From the NCBI GenBank assembly GCA_016928435.1, contig JAFGKT010000025.1, positions 2,015 through 66,014 on the forward strand: a stretch of 64,000 bases of DNA, written 5' to 3'. Numbering within the stretch: position 1 is the stretch's first letter; every line of letters starts with the position of its first letter. The DNA comes from Sedimentisphaerales bacterium (GTDB taxonomy: Bacteria > Planctomycetota > Phycisphaerae > Sedimentisphaerales > SM23-30). Positions 51,257 through 60,491 of this stretch are shown here, in pieces. The notes beneath the pieces are model-generated. The model worked only from the letters and a program-made list of their open reading frames with translations. It was not told where the DNA came from and did not search any database. The position numbers and the translations under genes were made by a program.

Positions 51257-51571
51257 TCAAGCATTATCAAATTCTTTATAACACTTCTCGCAAAGCCGTT
51301 TGCCGTTCTCCAAATAATACACCTTCGGACAAAGCCGTTCGCAATTATCGCATATCCCACGGTCAAAGTCAGGCAACTTCCGCCCGTCCGCCGTGTGCTT
51401 ACTCTCATAATCCTCCCGCTCGTCCCGTGCCACACTCCGCTGCCACAACCAAACCCGAATCCTCGCGATCAAAAAAATCACAATAACAGACAACACCCCC
51501 AGCACAAACAGCACACCAACTAACCACATTATCGCAAGGATAAAGTGAAAGAGCTTCGCAGCATCATACAC
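51257..51571 (-). CDS. Small membrane protein with a C-terminal CxxC..CxxC zinc ribbon
   Basis: GTG start 7 nt after AGGAGA. One TM helix (ILAIMWLVGVLFVLGVLSVIVIFLIA). ICDNCERLCPKVYYLENGKRLCEKCY. Confidence 0.5.
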   Translation of the reverse strand: MYDAAKLFHFILAIMWLVGVLFVLGVLSVIVIFLIARIRVWLWQRSVARDEREDYESKHTADGRKLPDFDRGICDNCERLCPKVYYLENGKRLCEKCYKEFDNA

Positions 51572-51644
51572 GCCATTATCTCCTAAGCGTCGTCAAGCTT
51601 GCCCTATTATACCCCATGTCCACAAAATTGACAATAAATCCCCG

Positions 51645-53444
51645 CTATTCGCCCGCCAACGACAATATCAGCACGCTGTATCCCCCAATATCAACCACAC
51701 CCCGCCCCGCCAAACCATCCATCCCCTCCGGCTCCGCCTCAACCTCAACACTCCCGACCCCGCCGAACTCACCGTCATAATCATTGCTGTCACTGTTGAA
51801 AAGAACCAGCCACCGCCCCGCCGCCGGAAAGCCAATCGCATAACCCTTCCGAACCTCCGCTGAGAAATTCGCCGCTACCACCACCGCTCTGCCCGGCTCC
51901 TCCGTCCGCCAACGACAATACGCAATCACATTATCCTGCTGATTCACATGATAAACATTAACCTCTTGCCCAACCAGCCCCGCCGTCGCGCCGCCTTTGT
52001 TCAAACGCAGCCCAATCAAATCCTGATACAACTTGAATATCCCCGCGAACCGCTCACGCTTCGTCCAATCGATCGGATCATGATCGTGGAACCAATCGTC
52101 CTCCAAAAACTCCTGACCCTGAAAAAGCATCGGAATCCCCGGACTAGTCATTACCAGCGCCGCCCCCAACGCTGACTTCTTCTTCGCTGCCCACGAACTC
52201 GCTTTGCCCGGATCAACCTCCTCCGGCACCCGCGACTTACCGTTGGCGATCTCGTCATGCGATTCGGTATATATCACCCGGTCAAACGCGTTCAAATAGT
52301 ACCTGTGCGTTATCGCCTTACGCACCGCTTCCATATCCCGCGTCTCGTCCAAAGCATCTCCCAACGTCTTCCGCACAGGGCCCGCGAACCTGCCGTCCCA
52401 CTGCGCCACAAAACCCGCGCCCCCGTCCTTCCTACTTTTAGTCAAAAAAGCGTTACCTCGCAAATCCTCCGCAATGCTTATCGCGCCCGGCTTCACCTTA
52501 TAAATCTCTTCATGCACCCACTGCATCAAACTCCAACCATCCGCTAAGTCATTACCCGCATCATTGTCGTTTCCCTTAACATTGCGAATAAAAGCAGTCG
52601 CGTCCCAACGTAAACCGTCCGCGCCGTAACCCACCAACCACATCAAAGCGTTCTCACGAATATATTCACGCACTTCCCCCCGCCCATAGTCAGGCCTTGT
52701 GTCCCCCCAAGGCGTCTCCGAGCGCCAATCATTATAAAAATAAATCCCCCCTTTGTCGTTCTCGCTCCAGCCGTCAAACTGCCACAAGTCCAAATCGCCA
52801 GGCCCAAAATGACTGTACACCACATCAACTATAACCGCCATGCCCAACTCATGCGCCCTGTCCACAAACGCCCTAAAATCGCTCGGCTCACCATAGTCAC
52901 TTTCAATCGCGAATATCAAAGAAGGATTATACCCCCAAGAATAACCGCCCGGAAACTCTGCCAGCGGCATCACCTCAACCGCGTTCACCCCCAACTCCTT
53001 CAAGTGCGCCAACCGCTCTGTCGCGCCCGCCAAAGTGCCCGGCCCTAACTGCCCCGACTTCTTGCCAAACGTCCCAATATGCAGCTCATAAATCACCAAC
53101 TCATTCAACCCCGCCGCCTCAAACTCAACCTTCTCAATCCCGCACCCCGCCTCACAAATCCGAGCGTTACCCACCGAACTCGTCACCCAACGAGCATAAG
53201 GATCGATCCGAACCAAATCCTTATCGCCCGAAACAATCCGATATCGATATTCGTCCCCAACCTGCGCCTCCGCAACATCACCCCACCAAACATCATTATC
53301 ACCCCGCTTTAGCGCATTTGCTTCCTTGTCCCAATCATTAAACGTCCCCATCACAAAAACCGCATCAGCATGAGGCACCCAAACCGAAAATCGGCAACCC
53401 CCATCACCCATCACTGCCCCCTTACTCAAAATCGATTCCATCAC
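51645..53444 (-). CDS. GH13 alpha-amylase-family enzyme with N-terminal CBM48 (branching-enzyme/TreZ-like)
   Basis: CRFSVWVPHADAVFVMGTFNDWD (CBM48). IYELHIGTF, GMAVIVDVVYSH, GLRWDA, AEDL and YTESHDE are GH13 regions I-IV. Confidence 0.85.
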   Translation of the reverse strand: MMESILSKGAVMGDGGCRFSVWVPHADAVFVMGTFNDWDKEANALKRGDNDVWWGDVAEAQVGDEYRYRIVSGDKDLVRIDPYARWVTSSVGNARICEAGCGIEKVEFEAAGLNELVIYELHIGTFGKKSGQLGPGTLAGATERLAHLKELGVNAVEVMPLAEFPGGYSWGYNPSLIFAIESDYGEPSDFRAFVDRAHELGMAVIVDVVYSHFGPGDLDLWQFDGWSENDKGGIYFYNDWRSETPWGDTRPDYGRGEVREYIRENALMWLVGYGADGLRWDATAFIRNVKGNDNDAGNDLADGWSLMQWVHEEIYKVKPGAISIAEDLRGNAFLTKSRKDGGAGFVAQWDGRFAGPVRKTLGDALDETRDMEAVRKAITHRYYLNAFDRVIYTESHDEIANGKSRVPEEVDPGKASSWAAKKKSALGAALVMTSPGIPMLFQGQEFLEDDWFHDHDPIDWTKRERFAGIFKLYQDLIGLRLNKGGATAGLVGQEVNVYHVNQQDNVIAYCRWRTEEPGRAVVVAANFSAEVRKGYAIGFPAAGRWLVLFNSDSNDYDGEFGGVGSVEVEAEPEGMDGLAGRGVVDIGGYSVLILSLAGE

Positions 53445-53781
53445 CCTTCAATACTCCCAAATATCATATCAGAGTTCCTCGTAGAACAGAAAAAATATGG
53501 CCGCCCAAACCCAACATAATTACTTCACACAGCACATGCAAGTTACTTTCCTCGCTCGCCACGCCAAAAAGACCCATCTAATATACCTCAACAAGTCAGC
53601 AAAACACTGCTAAACAACAAATAAAACTAGGATTATGGATACTGGGAATTAGGTAAAACATAAACTTAAATACCCATTCAATTCCCAGCAAAACTATTGC
53701 AATTTAACGCGAGATTCGATATCTTAATAACATAGTCTTATTCTGTTTTTACTACACTCCCCAAATTTAAGGAGCCTCAGA

Positions 53782-54159
53782 ATGAAAAAAGCATCTCTAC
53801 TAATGGCAGTTGTTTTAATCACACTTCTTGGCGCCAATCTTGTCCAGGCCAACCAAGCATCCGATGGTGACGGCCTCGTCATTACCATCTCACCAAAGAC
53901 CCTATACCTCGGCAGCGAAGACACCGTCGTTACAGTACATTCCAACATCCCCTATAGCACCGTTAATACCCTCTCGCTCACCCTCAACGATATCCCCTCG
54001 ACCTTCACCAAAGCCGACGCTTGCGGCGACCTGGTCGTTCGATTCGACCGCTCAGATATCAAAGGCATCGTAGTGCCCGGCGAAGCGACTCTAACCCTGT
54101 CAGGCCTGTTCAAAGACGGCACCGCCTTCTCAGTCTCCGACACCATTACCGTCAAATAA
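53782..54159 (+). CDS. Small secreted protein (Ig-like beta-rich, unknown function)
   Basis: AAGGAG SD and signal peptide MKKASLLMAVVLITLLGANLVQA. A strong terminator follows. Confidence 0.6.
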   Translation: MKKASLLMAVVLITLLGANLVQANQASDGDGLVITISPKTLYLGSEDTVVTVHSNIPYSTVNTLSLTLNDIPSTFTKADACGDLVVRFDRSDIKGIVVPGEATLTLSGLFKDGTAFSVSDTITVK

Positions 54160-54187
54160 TAACGCCCACTGCGCTAATCACTAAATC

Positions 54188-54228
54188 AAAAAGGGACCGA
54201 CGCACCACGCGCCTGTCCCTTTTTTTTT
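54188..54228 (+). terminator. Rho-independent terminator
   Basis: AAAAAGGGAC-(17 nt loop)-GTCCCTTTTTTTTT immediately after the 53782-54159 gene. Confidence 0.7.
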
Positions 54229-54240
54229 AATCCCCTTACC

Positions 54241-54280
54241 TGTCATACCCGCGCAGGCGGGTATCCATCCCTGATGCTCC
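54241..54280 (+). repeat. R2 repeat, best-preserved copy
   Basis: tgtcATACCCGCgcagGCGGGTATccatccctgatgctcc. It has a perfect 8-bp stem. Confidence 0.7.
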
Positions 54281-54313
54281 ATTTTCCATCATACCCAACC
54301 ATTCACCAACACC

Positions 54314-54350
54314 CTGGGTGGCACCCTTTCACGCAGTTAAAGGGTGTTAG
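54314..54350 (+). repeat. R5 repeat
   Basis: ctgggtggCACCCTTTcacgcagtTAAAGGGTGttag. It matches 33094-33129. Confidence 0.6.
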
Positions 54351-54387
54351 TTCCGTAGAATGGGATCATCAGCCCGTGCTGATTGCC

Positions 54388-55830
54388 TTACTTCTTCTTC
54401 AGTTCCCGCGCCACCCCCTTACCGTACGCCTTGTCAGCCCGCCCAAAATGCTCAACCATCTTGTCCTGAATCTCCTTCGGAACATTCCGCAAACTCCGCG
54501 CGATATTCTCCACTAACCGCTGCTGTTCATCCCCCGGCATCAAACGATACAAATTCCCCGGCTGAACATAATCATCATCAACCCCCCGCTTCTGCTCATA
54601 ACGAGCCGCGTCACCGCTTATCTTCAAAGGCGGCTCAGCGTATTTCTTATCCGCCACCGGACCATCAAAACTGTTCGGCTCATAATTCACCGAAGCCCCG
54701 CCGTTATCACCAAACCGCATCTTACCATCCCGCTCATAATTCGCTGCCTTCGCAGCGTGCGGACAATTAACCGGCAACTGCTCATAGTTCACCCCCAAAC
54801 GATATCGATGAGCGTCCGCATACGATACCACCCGCGCCTGCAGCATCTTACAAGGCGAAAATGATATGCCCGGCACTACATTGCCCGGCGAAAACGCCGC
54901 CTGCTCGATCTCCGCAAAATAATTCTGCGGATTCTTATTCATCTCCAAGACCCCAACCTCTATCAAAGGATAATCACCGTGAGGCCAAACCTTCGTCAAA
55001 TCAAACGGATTCCAACGATAGTTCTCCGCGTCCAACTCCGGCATTATCTGAACCGAAAAAGTCCACGACGGATAATCACCATTCTCGATCGCGTCAAACA
55101 ACTGATGCGTATGATAATCCGCGTCCACCCCCGCCAACTTATCCGCTTGATCCTGCATCAAACACTTGATCCCCTGCCGCGTCTTAAAATGAAACTTCAC
55201 CCAATAACGCTCGTTCTTCGCGTTGATAAAACTATACGTATGGCTCCCGTACCCGTTCATATACGGTATCCCCGCCGGTATCCCTCTGTCCGAAAACAAT
55301 ATCGTAACCTGATGCAAACTCTCCGGCACCTGCGACCAAAAATCCCACTGCGGCGTATCAGCCTTAACATTCGTCTGCGGATCACGTTTCTGAGTATGAA
55401 TAAAATCCGGAAACTTCATCGCGTCCCGAATAAAAAACGTAGGCGTATTATTCCCCACCATGTCCCAGTTCCCTTCCTCCGTATAAAACTTAAGCGCAAA
55501 ACCCCGCACATCCCGCACCGTATCAGCCGAACCCTTCTCGCCCGCCACCGTCGAGAACCGCCCCAATACCTCCGTCTTCTTGCCAACTTTACTAAACAAC
55601 TTGGCCTTAGTAAACTTCGTTATGTCCTGCGTAACCGTAAACACCCCATGCGCCCCCGCAGCCTTAGCATGCACCACCCGCTCCGGTATCCGCTCCCGAT
55701 TAAAATGAGCCAACTTCTCCAGCAAATAATGATCCTGCAATAAGGTAGGTCCTCGCTCACCCGCCGTCAAAGAAGTCTGATTATCATCAACCGGTATACC
55801 CGCCGCCGTAGTCAATTGCTTCTTCTTCAT
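54388..55830 (-). CDS. katA: Monofunctional heme catalase (small-subunit clade)
   Basis: [56 protein letters not shown], and the proximal Tyr region [14 protein letters not shown]. The start is at MKKKQL (ATG 55830). Confidence 0.9.
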   Translation of the reverse strand: MKKKQLTTAAGIPVDDNQTSLTAGERGPTLLQDHYLLEKLAHFNRERIPERVVHAKAAGAHGVFTVTQDITKFTKAKLFSKVGKKTEVLGRFSTVAGEKGSADTVRDVRGFALKFYTEEGNWDMVGNNTPTFFIRDAMKFPDFIHTQKRDPQTNVKADTPQWDFWSQVPESLHQVTILFSDRGIPAGIPYMNGYGSHTYSFINAKNERYWVKFHFKTRQGIKCLMQDQADKLAGVDADYHTHQLFDAIENGDYPSWTFSVQIMPELDAENYRWNPFDLTKVWPHGDYPLIEVGVLEMNKNPQNYFAEIEQAAFSPGNVVPGISFSPCKMLQARVVSYADAHRYRLGVNYEQLPVNCPHAAKAANYERDGKMRFGDNGGASVNYEPNSFDGPVADKKYAEPPLKISGDAARYEQKRGVDDDYVQPGNLYRLMPGDEQQRLVENIARSLRNVPKEIQDKMVEHFGRADKAYGKGVARELKKK

Positions 55831-55976
55831 TGCAAAATCCTTTCCCTTGAGTACTTGGCCTGTTTCCCTCAAAAAACATTCTAGCACCCCCAAGCCACGC
55901 GGGTCAAATCATTTTACCGTCAATCTAACTCCCCCAATCCCCACCAAAACACTTCCTCCAAACTCAATGAACCCTC

Positions 55977-56010
55977 CCCAAGTAGGGCGGGCCATGCCCG
56001 CCATCTGCCC
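55977..56010 (+). repeat. R4 hairpin repeat
   Basis: cccaagtagGGCGGGCcatGCCCGCCatctgccc. Confidence 0.6.
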
Positions 56011-56045
56011 ATCGCACCATATCCATCTAATTCATCCCACCCCTA

Positions 56046-56789
56046 CTACCCCTTAACAATCACCGAAGCCGTCTGATCAAACGGATTCTGCCGCACCGCC
56101 AACGAAAACAAAAACGGATAGTTCTTCTGTAAATGTCGCATATAGTCCAACCACTCCAAAATCAAAATCTTATACACACGTTTAATGTCCCCCGCCATAT
56201 GTTTCAAATCGCTATCAGGCGACGCCCCCAAATCCTTCCGCGCCGTCAGCTCCTCCGTCAAATGGAACACCGCCCGCAGCAAATCCGTAAACTCTTCATG
56301 CTCCAACAGCGTCGGGTTCTCCAACAGCCGCAGCATAAAATCCCGCCGCGCCACCAAAAACTCCCGCATCTGCCGCAAATGATCCGCCTCCACCTGAATA
56401 TCGTACTTCAATCCCCGCAGCGCCCCCTTAGCCTGCTTGAACCGCTCCACCGACCAATCATTATTCACCACCAGTTCCTGCTTTACCTGCTCCAGCTCCG
56501 GATCAAAATCACTCACCGATGCCAAAAGCTCCCCGCCCACCTCACTAAAAAACGACCCAATCACCATGTTCAGCTTTTCCAACCGGTTTTTCTTCTCCCT
56601 CTCCTCGATCAACTGATGAATCACCAGCGTAACCATCAGCACCTCGATAAACACAAACGCCACATCACCCACCAAATATATAAAAATATGATGCGCATCC
56701 CGAAAAATCACATAATGCAGCACATAAAACACCACCGACGCCAAAACCAGCAACACCCCCAACAAAATCCGATTCCGCAAACTACCCAT
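56046..56789 (-). CDS. Hypothetical membrane protein (2-3 N-terminal TM helices plus a helical cytoplasmic domain)
   Basis: GGGAG SD before ATG 56789. LLGVLLVLASVVFYVLHYVIF and VGDVAFVFIEVLMVTLVIHQL. No nucleotide-binding motif. It lies downstream of the TrkH/KtrB-like gene. Confidence 0.55.
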   Translation of the reverse strand: MGSLRNRILLGVLLVLASVVFYVLHYVIFRDAHHIFIYLVGDVAFVFIEVLMVTLVIHQLIEEREKKNRLEKLNMVIGSFFSEVGGELLASVSDFDPELEQVKQELVVNNDWSVERFKQAKGALRGLKYDIQVEADHLRQMREFLVARRDFMLRLLENPTLLEHEEFTDLLRAVFHLTEELTARKDLGASPDSDLKHMAGDIKRVYKILILEWLDYMRHLQKNYPFLFSLAVRQNPFDQTASVIVKG

Positions 56790-56837
56790 AATAACTCCCA
56801 ACTTCTAACCAGTTCCAAAACCTAACCAATCTCCCAC

Positions 56838-56895
56838 GTTAGCCCCCGAACGTAAGCAACATTTATGTTGCTTTAAGCTCGGGGGTTCGCACCCA
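56838..56895. repeat. R1 hairpin repeat (long form)
   Basis: gttagCCCCCGAacgtaAGCAACATttATGTTGCTttaagcTCGGGGGttcgcaccc. Confidence 0.75.
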
Positions 56896-56994
56896 TTCTA
56901 CCGACCCATCCCAAAATTGCCCACAAACTTTTCCAACCTCCAATTAAAATCATCACTCCACGTTAACCCGAATTCTATCCTAATGATCCAATCT

Positions 56995-58353
56995 TTATAT
57001 CGCAATATCTTCCAATTCCGGTTCATCTTCTGCCCCGCTCCGCACGACAATCCTTGATGGTAAAAACAACGCCACACCAAAAGTCAACGGCCCCAGACGC
57101 CCCAAAAACATCAAAACCGTTATTATGATCTTCCCCATCGGCGAAAGTTGACTCGTAATCCCCGTACTCAAACCCACCGTCCCCAATGCCGAAGCACACT
57201 CAAAAAGCAATCCCTCAAAAGCAAACGACTCGGTCAGAGCCAACAGATAGCACCCCACAATCAGTGCCCCTGCATAAAAACCTAAACTCGCCATCGCCAC
57301 CTTGATCCTCTTTTCCGGAATCTTCTTGCCCCAGAAGCTAATATCGTCTTTTCCGGTCAAACCACTCTTGATTACGCCAAACAACGCTGTAAAGGTCGTC
57401 GTTTTCAGTCCGCCGCCTGTCCCCGACGGAGAAGCCCCGATGGTCATCAGCAGAATTATCAAAAAAAGCGACGCCTGCGAAATGCCTCCAATCGGAATCG
57501 TATTGAAACCAACCGTCGTAATCGACGTCATTACCTGGAACACCGCCGTCAAAAGCCGTTCATGTACCGCAAGCCCCCGGATCGTAGGTTCCCCTGTGAA
57601 AAATAGAAATATCGCCGCCAAACTCACCCACGCGGTCGTCACAATGATCAGTCGGCTGGTCAGCGTGATAGCCGAGGTTTTGTTGATCACACGCCGCCAA
57701 ACATCCACAAACACAATGAAACCAATCGCTCCCAGATAACTCAACACTCCGAGAATGACATTGATCGCCACGTTACCCCGCCAAGCTTCAAAACTGGTAT
57801 CATACAAACTGAAACCAGCCGTGCAAAAAGCCGAAACACTATGAAAAATCGCCGACCACAATCGCACCCCAACACTCGCCTCGCTTAAGGCAAAGAACAG
57901 AGCCACCGCCCCCAAACTCTCGATAATCACCGTGAAGACTATCACACTCTTGATGAATTTATCGATCCGAAACCCATCCGGCATACTGAACACCGTCTCG
58001 CCGATCTTCTGGCGCCGTTCCGAAAGTGCCCTGCTCTGCGAGAGTATCACAAATGACCCAAACGTCATGTAACCAACGCCGCCCAACTGAATCAGCAGCA
58101 GAATTATGACCTGGCCCCCCAAATTGAAGTCATTTCCCGTGCTTACCGTCACCAGACCCGTGGTTGACATCGCGGATGTCGCGGTAAAAAGCGCGTCCAA
58201 ACTGGAAATGCCAGGCGTTCGATGGACCCATGGAATCGCCAGGAATATCCAACCCACCATCACATACGAAAGATAACCCAACACCACCAATCGTATCGGC
58301 GACAACCCGCAAACGTATTCCTTGAATCCTTGCCATATCTCTTTCATATCCAA
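56995..58353 (-). CDS. TrkH/KtrB-family potassium transporter subunit
   Basis: Four pore-loop repeats: MSTTGLVTVS, FCTAGFSL, TSITTVGFNT, LGTVGLSTG. Either TTG 58353 or ATG 58347 is the start. Confidence 0.85.
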   Translation of the reverse strand: MDMKEIWQGFKEYVCGLSPIRLVVLGYLSYVMVGWIFLAIPWVHRTPGISSLDALFTATSAMSTTGLVTVSTGNDFNLGGQVIILLLIQLGGVGYMTFGSFVILSQSRALSERRQKIGETVFSMPDGFRIDKFIKSVIVFTVIIESLGAVALFFALSEASVGVRLWSAIFHSVSAFCTAGFSLYDTSFEAWRGNVAINVILGVLSYLGAIGFIVFVDVWRRVINKTSAITLTSRLIIVTTAWVSLAAIFLFFTGEPTIRGLAVHERLLTAVFQVMTSITTVGFNTIPIGGISQASLFLIILLMTIGASPSGTGGGLKTTTFTALFGVIKSGLTGKDDISFWGKKIPEKRIKVAMASLGFYAGALIVGCYLLALTESFAFEGLLFECASALGTVGLSTGITSQLSPMGKIIITVLMFLGRLGPLTFGVALFLPSRIVVRSGAEDEPELEDIAI

Positions 58354-58378
58354 TCACTCCGTCCCTCCACCAACAATG

Positions 58379-58660
58379 TCACATTTCAGGCTTCTTCTCT
58401 ACACCAATTCCACAAAACCAACCACCACCATCGTAAACCCCCGCCGCACCCCTGTCAAACGCTATTTCCCCACCAACTCCACTCCCCCCAATCCCCCTGC
58501 CCAGCTTCCCGGTCGCACCAACAAAAAACCTCTTGTAATCGCCCAACCCAAGTGCTACAATACCCTCGTCAGGCCTCTTTTTGAGGTTCTCCAAAACAAA
58601 TGAACGGCCTTCAAGGTCAGTTCCTATCGCGGAAAATAATCGTGTCCGCTTATAACCCAT
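58379..58660 (-). CDS. Possible Gly-rich small protein upstream of the TrkH/KtrB-like gene
   Basis: 93-aa ORF ending 25 nt before the trkH-like start. The Gly richness could simply reflect the G-rich minus strand here. Confidence 0.25.
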   Translation of the reverse strand: MGYKRTRLFSAIGTDLEGRSFVLENLKKRPDEGIVALGLGDYKRFFVGATGKLGRGIGGSGVGGEIAFDRGAAGVYDGGGWFCGIGVEKKPEM

Positions 58661-58861
58661 CAGGGGCCTGACTTTTCCAACCTCTGCCCCCCAATCCCGT
58701 CAATCCGCCAAAAATCCGTTTCTGCGCTACTTGGAAAACCAATCCCGCCAACACACCGAACCCATTCATATCCCTGACCCGCCTTTGGCTAATCAAAAAA
58801 TCAGTGTTAATCTGTGTAATCTGTGGATAGAAACTCCCTGATGCTCCTGCATCCACGTGCC

Positions 58862-60310
58862 CTAACCCAAGCAAGCCACATCCACATTCCGCGCCGCCGC
58901 CGTCTCATCCAACCGCCCGACCGGCGTACTAACCGGCGCAGCCTTAATCGAACCAGGCTCCGTCTCCGCCCGCTTTGCGATATCCAGCATCGCTTCAATA
59001 AACGCGTCCATCGTCTCTTTACTCTCCGTCTCGGTCGGCTCAATCATCATCGCCTCCTTCACAATCGACGGAAAATAAACTGTCGGCGGATGAAACCCCG
59101 CGTCAATCAGCGCCTTGGCCACATCGATCGCATGCACATCCTGCCCGTTCTGCCGCGCCGCGCTAAACACACACTCATGCTTACACACCCGCTCGTGCGG
59201 CAAATCAAACGCCCCCTTCAACTTCTCCTTAATATAATTCGCGTTCAGCACCGCGTTCTCCGCCACGCGAATCAGCCCCTCCCGCCCCAGCATCAAAATA
59301 TAAGCATACGCCCGCAGCACAATCGCGAAATTACCATAAAACGGCGCCACATACCCAATCGACTGCTCCCTATCGTACTCCAGCGCATAGGTCCCATCAT
59401 CGCGCTTCACCACCACGGAAACCGGCAAAAACGGCACTAACTTCTCCACCACACCAACCGGCCCGGCGCCCGGCCCACCACCACCGTGCGGCGTCGCAAA
59501 AGTCTTATGCAAATTAATATGCACAATATCAAACCCGATATCGCCCGGCCGAACCTTACCCAATATCGCGTTCAAATTCGCCCCGTCATAATACGTCAAC
59601 CCATCCACCTCATGGATCACATCGCAAATCTCCTGCACATGCGGATTGAACAACCCCAGCGTATTCGGACACGTCAGCATTATCCCCGCCGTCTCCTCAT
59701 CCACCGCCGCCCGCAGCGCATCAACATCCATCACCCCCTCCGCGTTCGAAGGCACCGTCTTAACCTCATAACCCGCAATCGCCGCCGACGCCGGGTTCGT
59801 ACCATGCGCCGAGTCCGGTATAATCAACGTCGTCTTCTTGTTCCCCTTCGCCCGATGATACGCCGCGATCATCATTATTCCCGTAAGCTCCCCGTGCGCA
59901 CCCGCCATCGGCTGCATCGTAAACGCCGCCATCCCCGTTATCTCACGCAACAGCAAATCCGTATCATGCAGCACCTGAAGCGCCCCCTGCGTCAAACTCC
60001 CACCCATTCGCAACTGAGGCAGCAACGGATGCAAATTCGAAAACCCATAATAAGACGCCACCACCTCCGCGAACTTCGGATTGTACTTCATCGTACAAGA
60101 GCCCAACGGATAAAAATTCGTATCCACCCCATAGTTCCGCCGCGAAAGCTCCGTAAAGTGCCTCACCGTATCCAACTCACTAAGCTCCGGCAACTCCGCG
60201 TCCTTCGCCCGCAAAAACCGCTTATCTAAATGAATCGAAGTCGGAACATCACTACGAACCACCGCCGGCCCACGACGCCCCTTAACACTCTTCTCAAATA
60301 TCAATTTCAT
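58862..60310 (-). CDS. gcvPB: Glycine dehydrogenase (decarboxylating) subunit 2
   Basis: LGSCTMKYNPK, the PLP lysine region INLHKTFATPHGGGGPG. ATG 60310 follows AGGAAAG. The ORF track starts at TTG 60316. Confidence 0.95.
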   Translation of the reverse strand: MKLIFEKSVKGRRGPAVVRSDVPTSIHLDKRFLRAKDAELPELSELDTVRHFTELSRRNYGVDTNFYPLGSCTMKYNPKFAEVVASYYGFSNLHPLLPQLRMGGSLTQGALQVLHDTDLLLREITGMAAFTMQPMAGAHGELTGIMMIAAYHRAKGNKKTTLIIPDSAHGTNPASAAIAGYEVKTVPSNAEGVMDVDALRAAVDEETAGIMLTCPNTLGLFNPHVQEICDVIHEVDGLTYYDGANLNAILGKVRPGDIGFDIVHINLHKTFATPHGGGGPGAGPVGVVEKLVPFLPVSVVVKRDDGTYALEYDREQSIGYVAPFYGNFAIVLRAYAYILMLGREGLIRVAENAVLNANYIKEKLKGAFDLPHERVCKHECVFSAARQNGQDVHAIDVAKALIDAGFHPPTVYFPSIVKEAMMIEPTETESKETMDAFIEAMLDIAKRAETEPGSIKAAPVSTPVGRLDETAAARNVDVACLG

Positions 60311-60350
60311 AATCAAACTTTCCTATAACCTAATCATTCCTACACCACAA

Positions 60351-60407
60351 TGTCATTCCCGCGCCTATTTGTCATTCCCGCGAAGGCTCCGAATCCATCC
60401 CTGACGC
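60351..60407 (+). repeat. R2 repeat (1.4 copies) in the gcvPA-gcvPB spacer
   Basis: tgtcattcccgcgcc, then tgtcattcccgcgaaggctccgaatccatccctgacgc. Confidence 0.6.
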
Positions 60408-60462
60408 AGAATAAAGGGGACTGGCTCCGCAGCGTCAGCGCAGGTGCCTGTACCCTTTATTC
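60408..60462 (+). repeat. R3 long hairpin repeat, copy a
   Basis: agAATAAAGGGGACtggctccgcagcgtcagcgcaggtgcctGTACCCTTTATTc. 55 nt, 3 differences from 61917-61971. Confidence 0.8.
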
Positions 60463-60491
60463 GTCCTGCGCCCTTCATTCGTCAATACCAA

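Noticed and set aside
58819-58829. TGTGGATAG, an 8/9 match to a DnaA box (TGTGGATAA).
   Set aside because: It is a single isolated site in the 3' flank of gcvPB, with no cluster, no AT-rich unwinding element and no dnaA/dnaN nearby.
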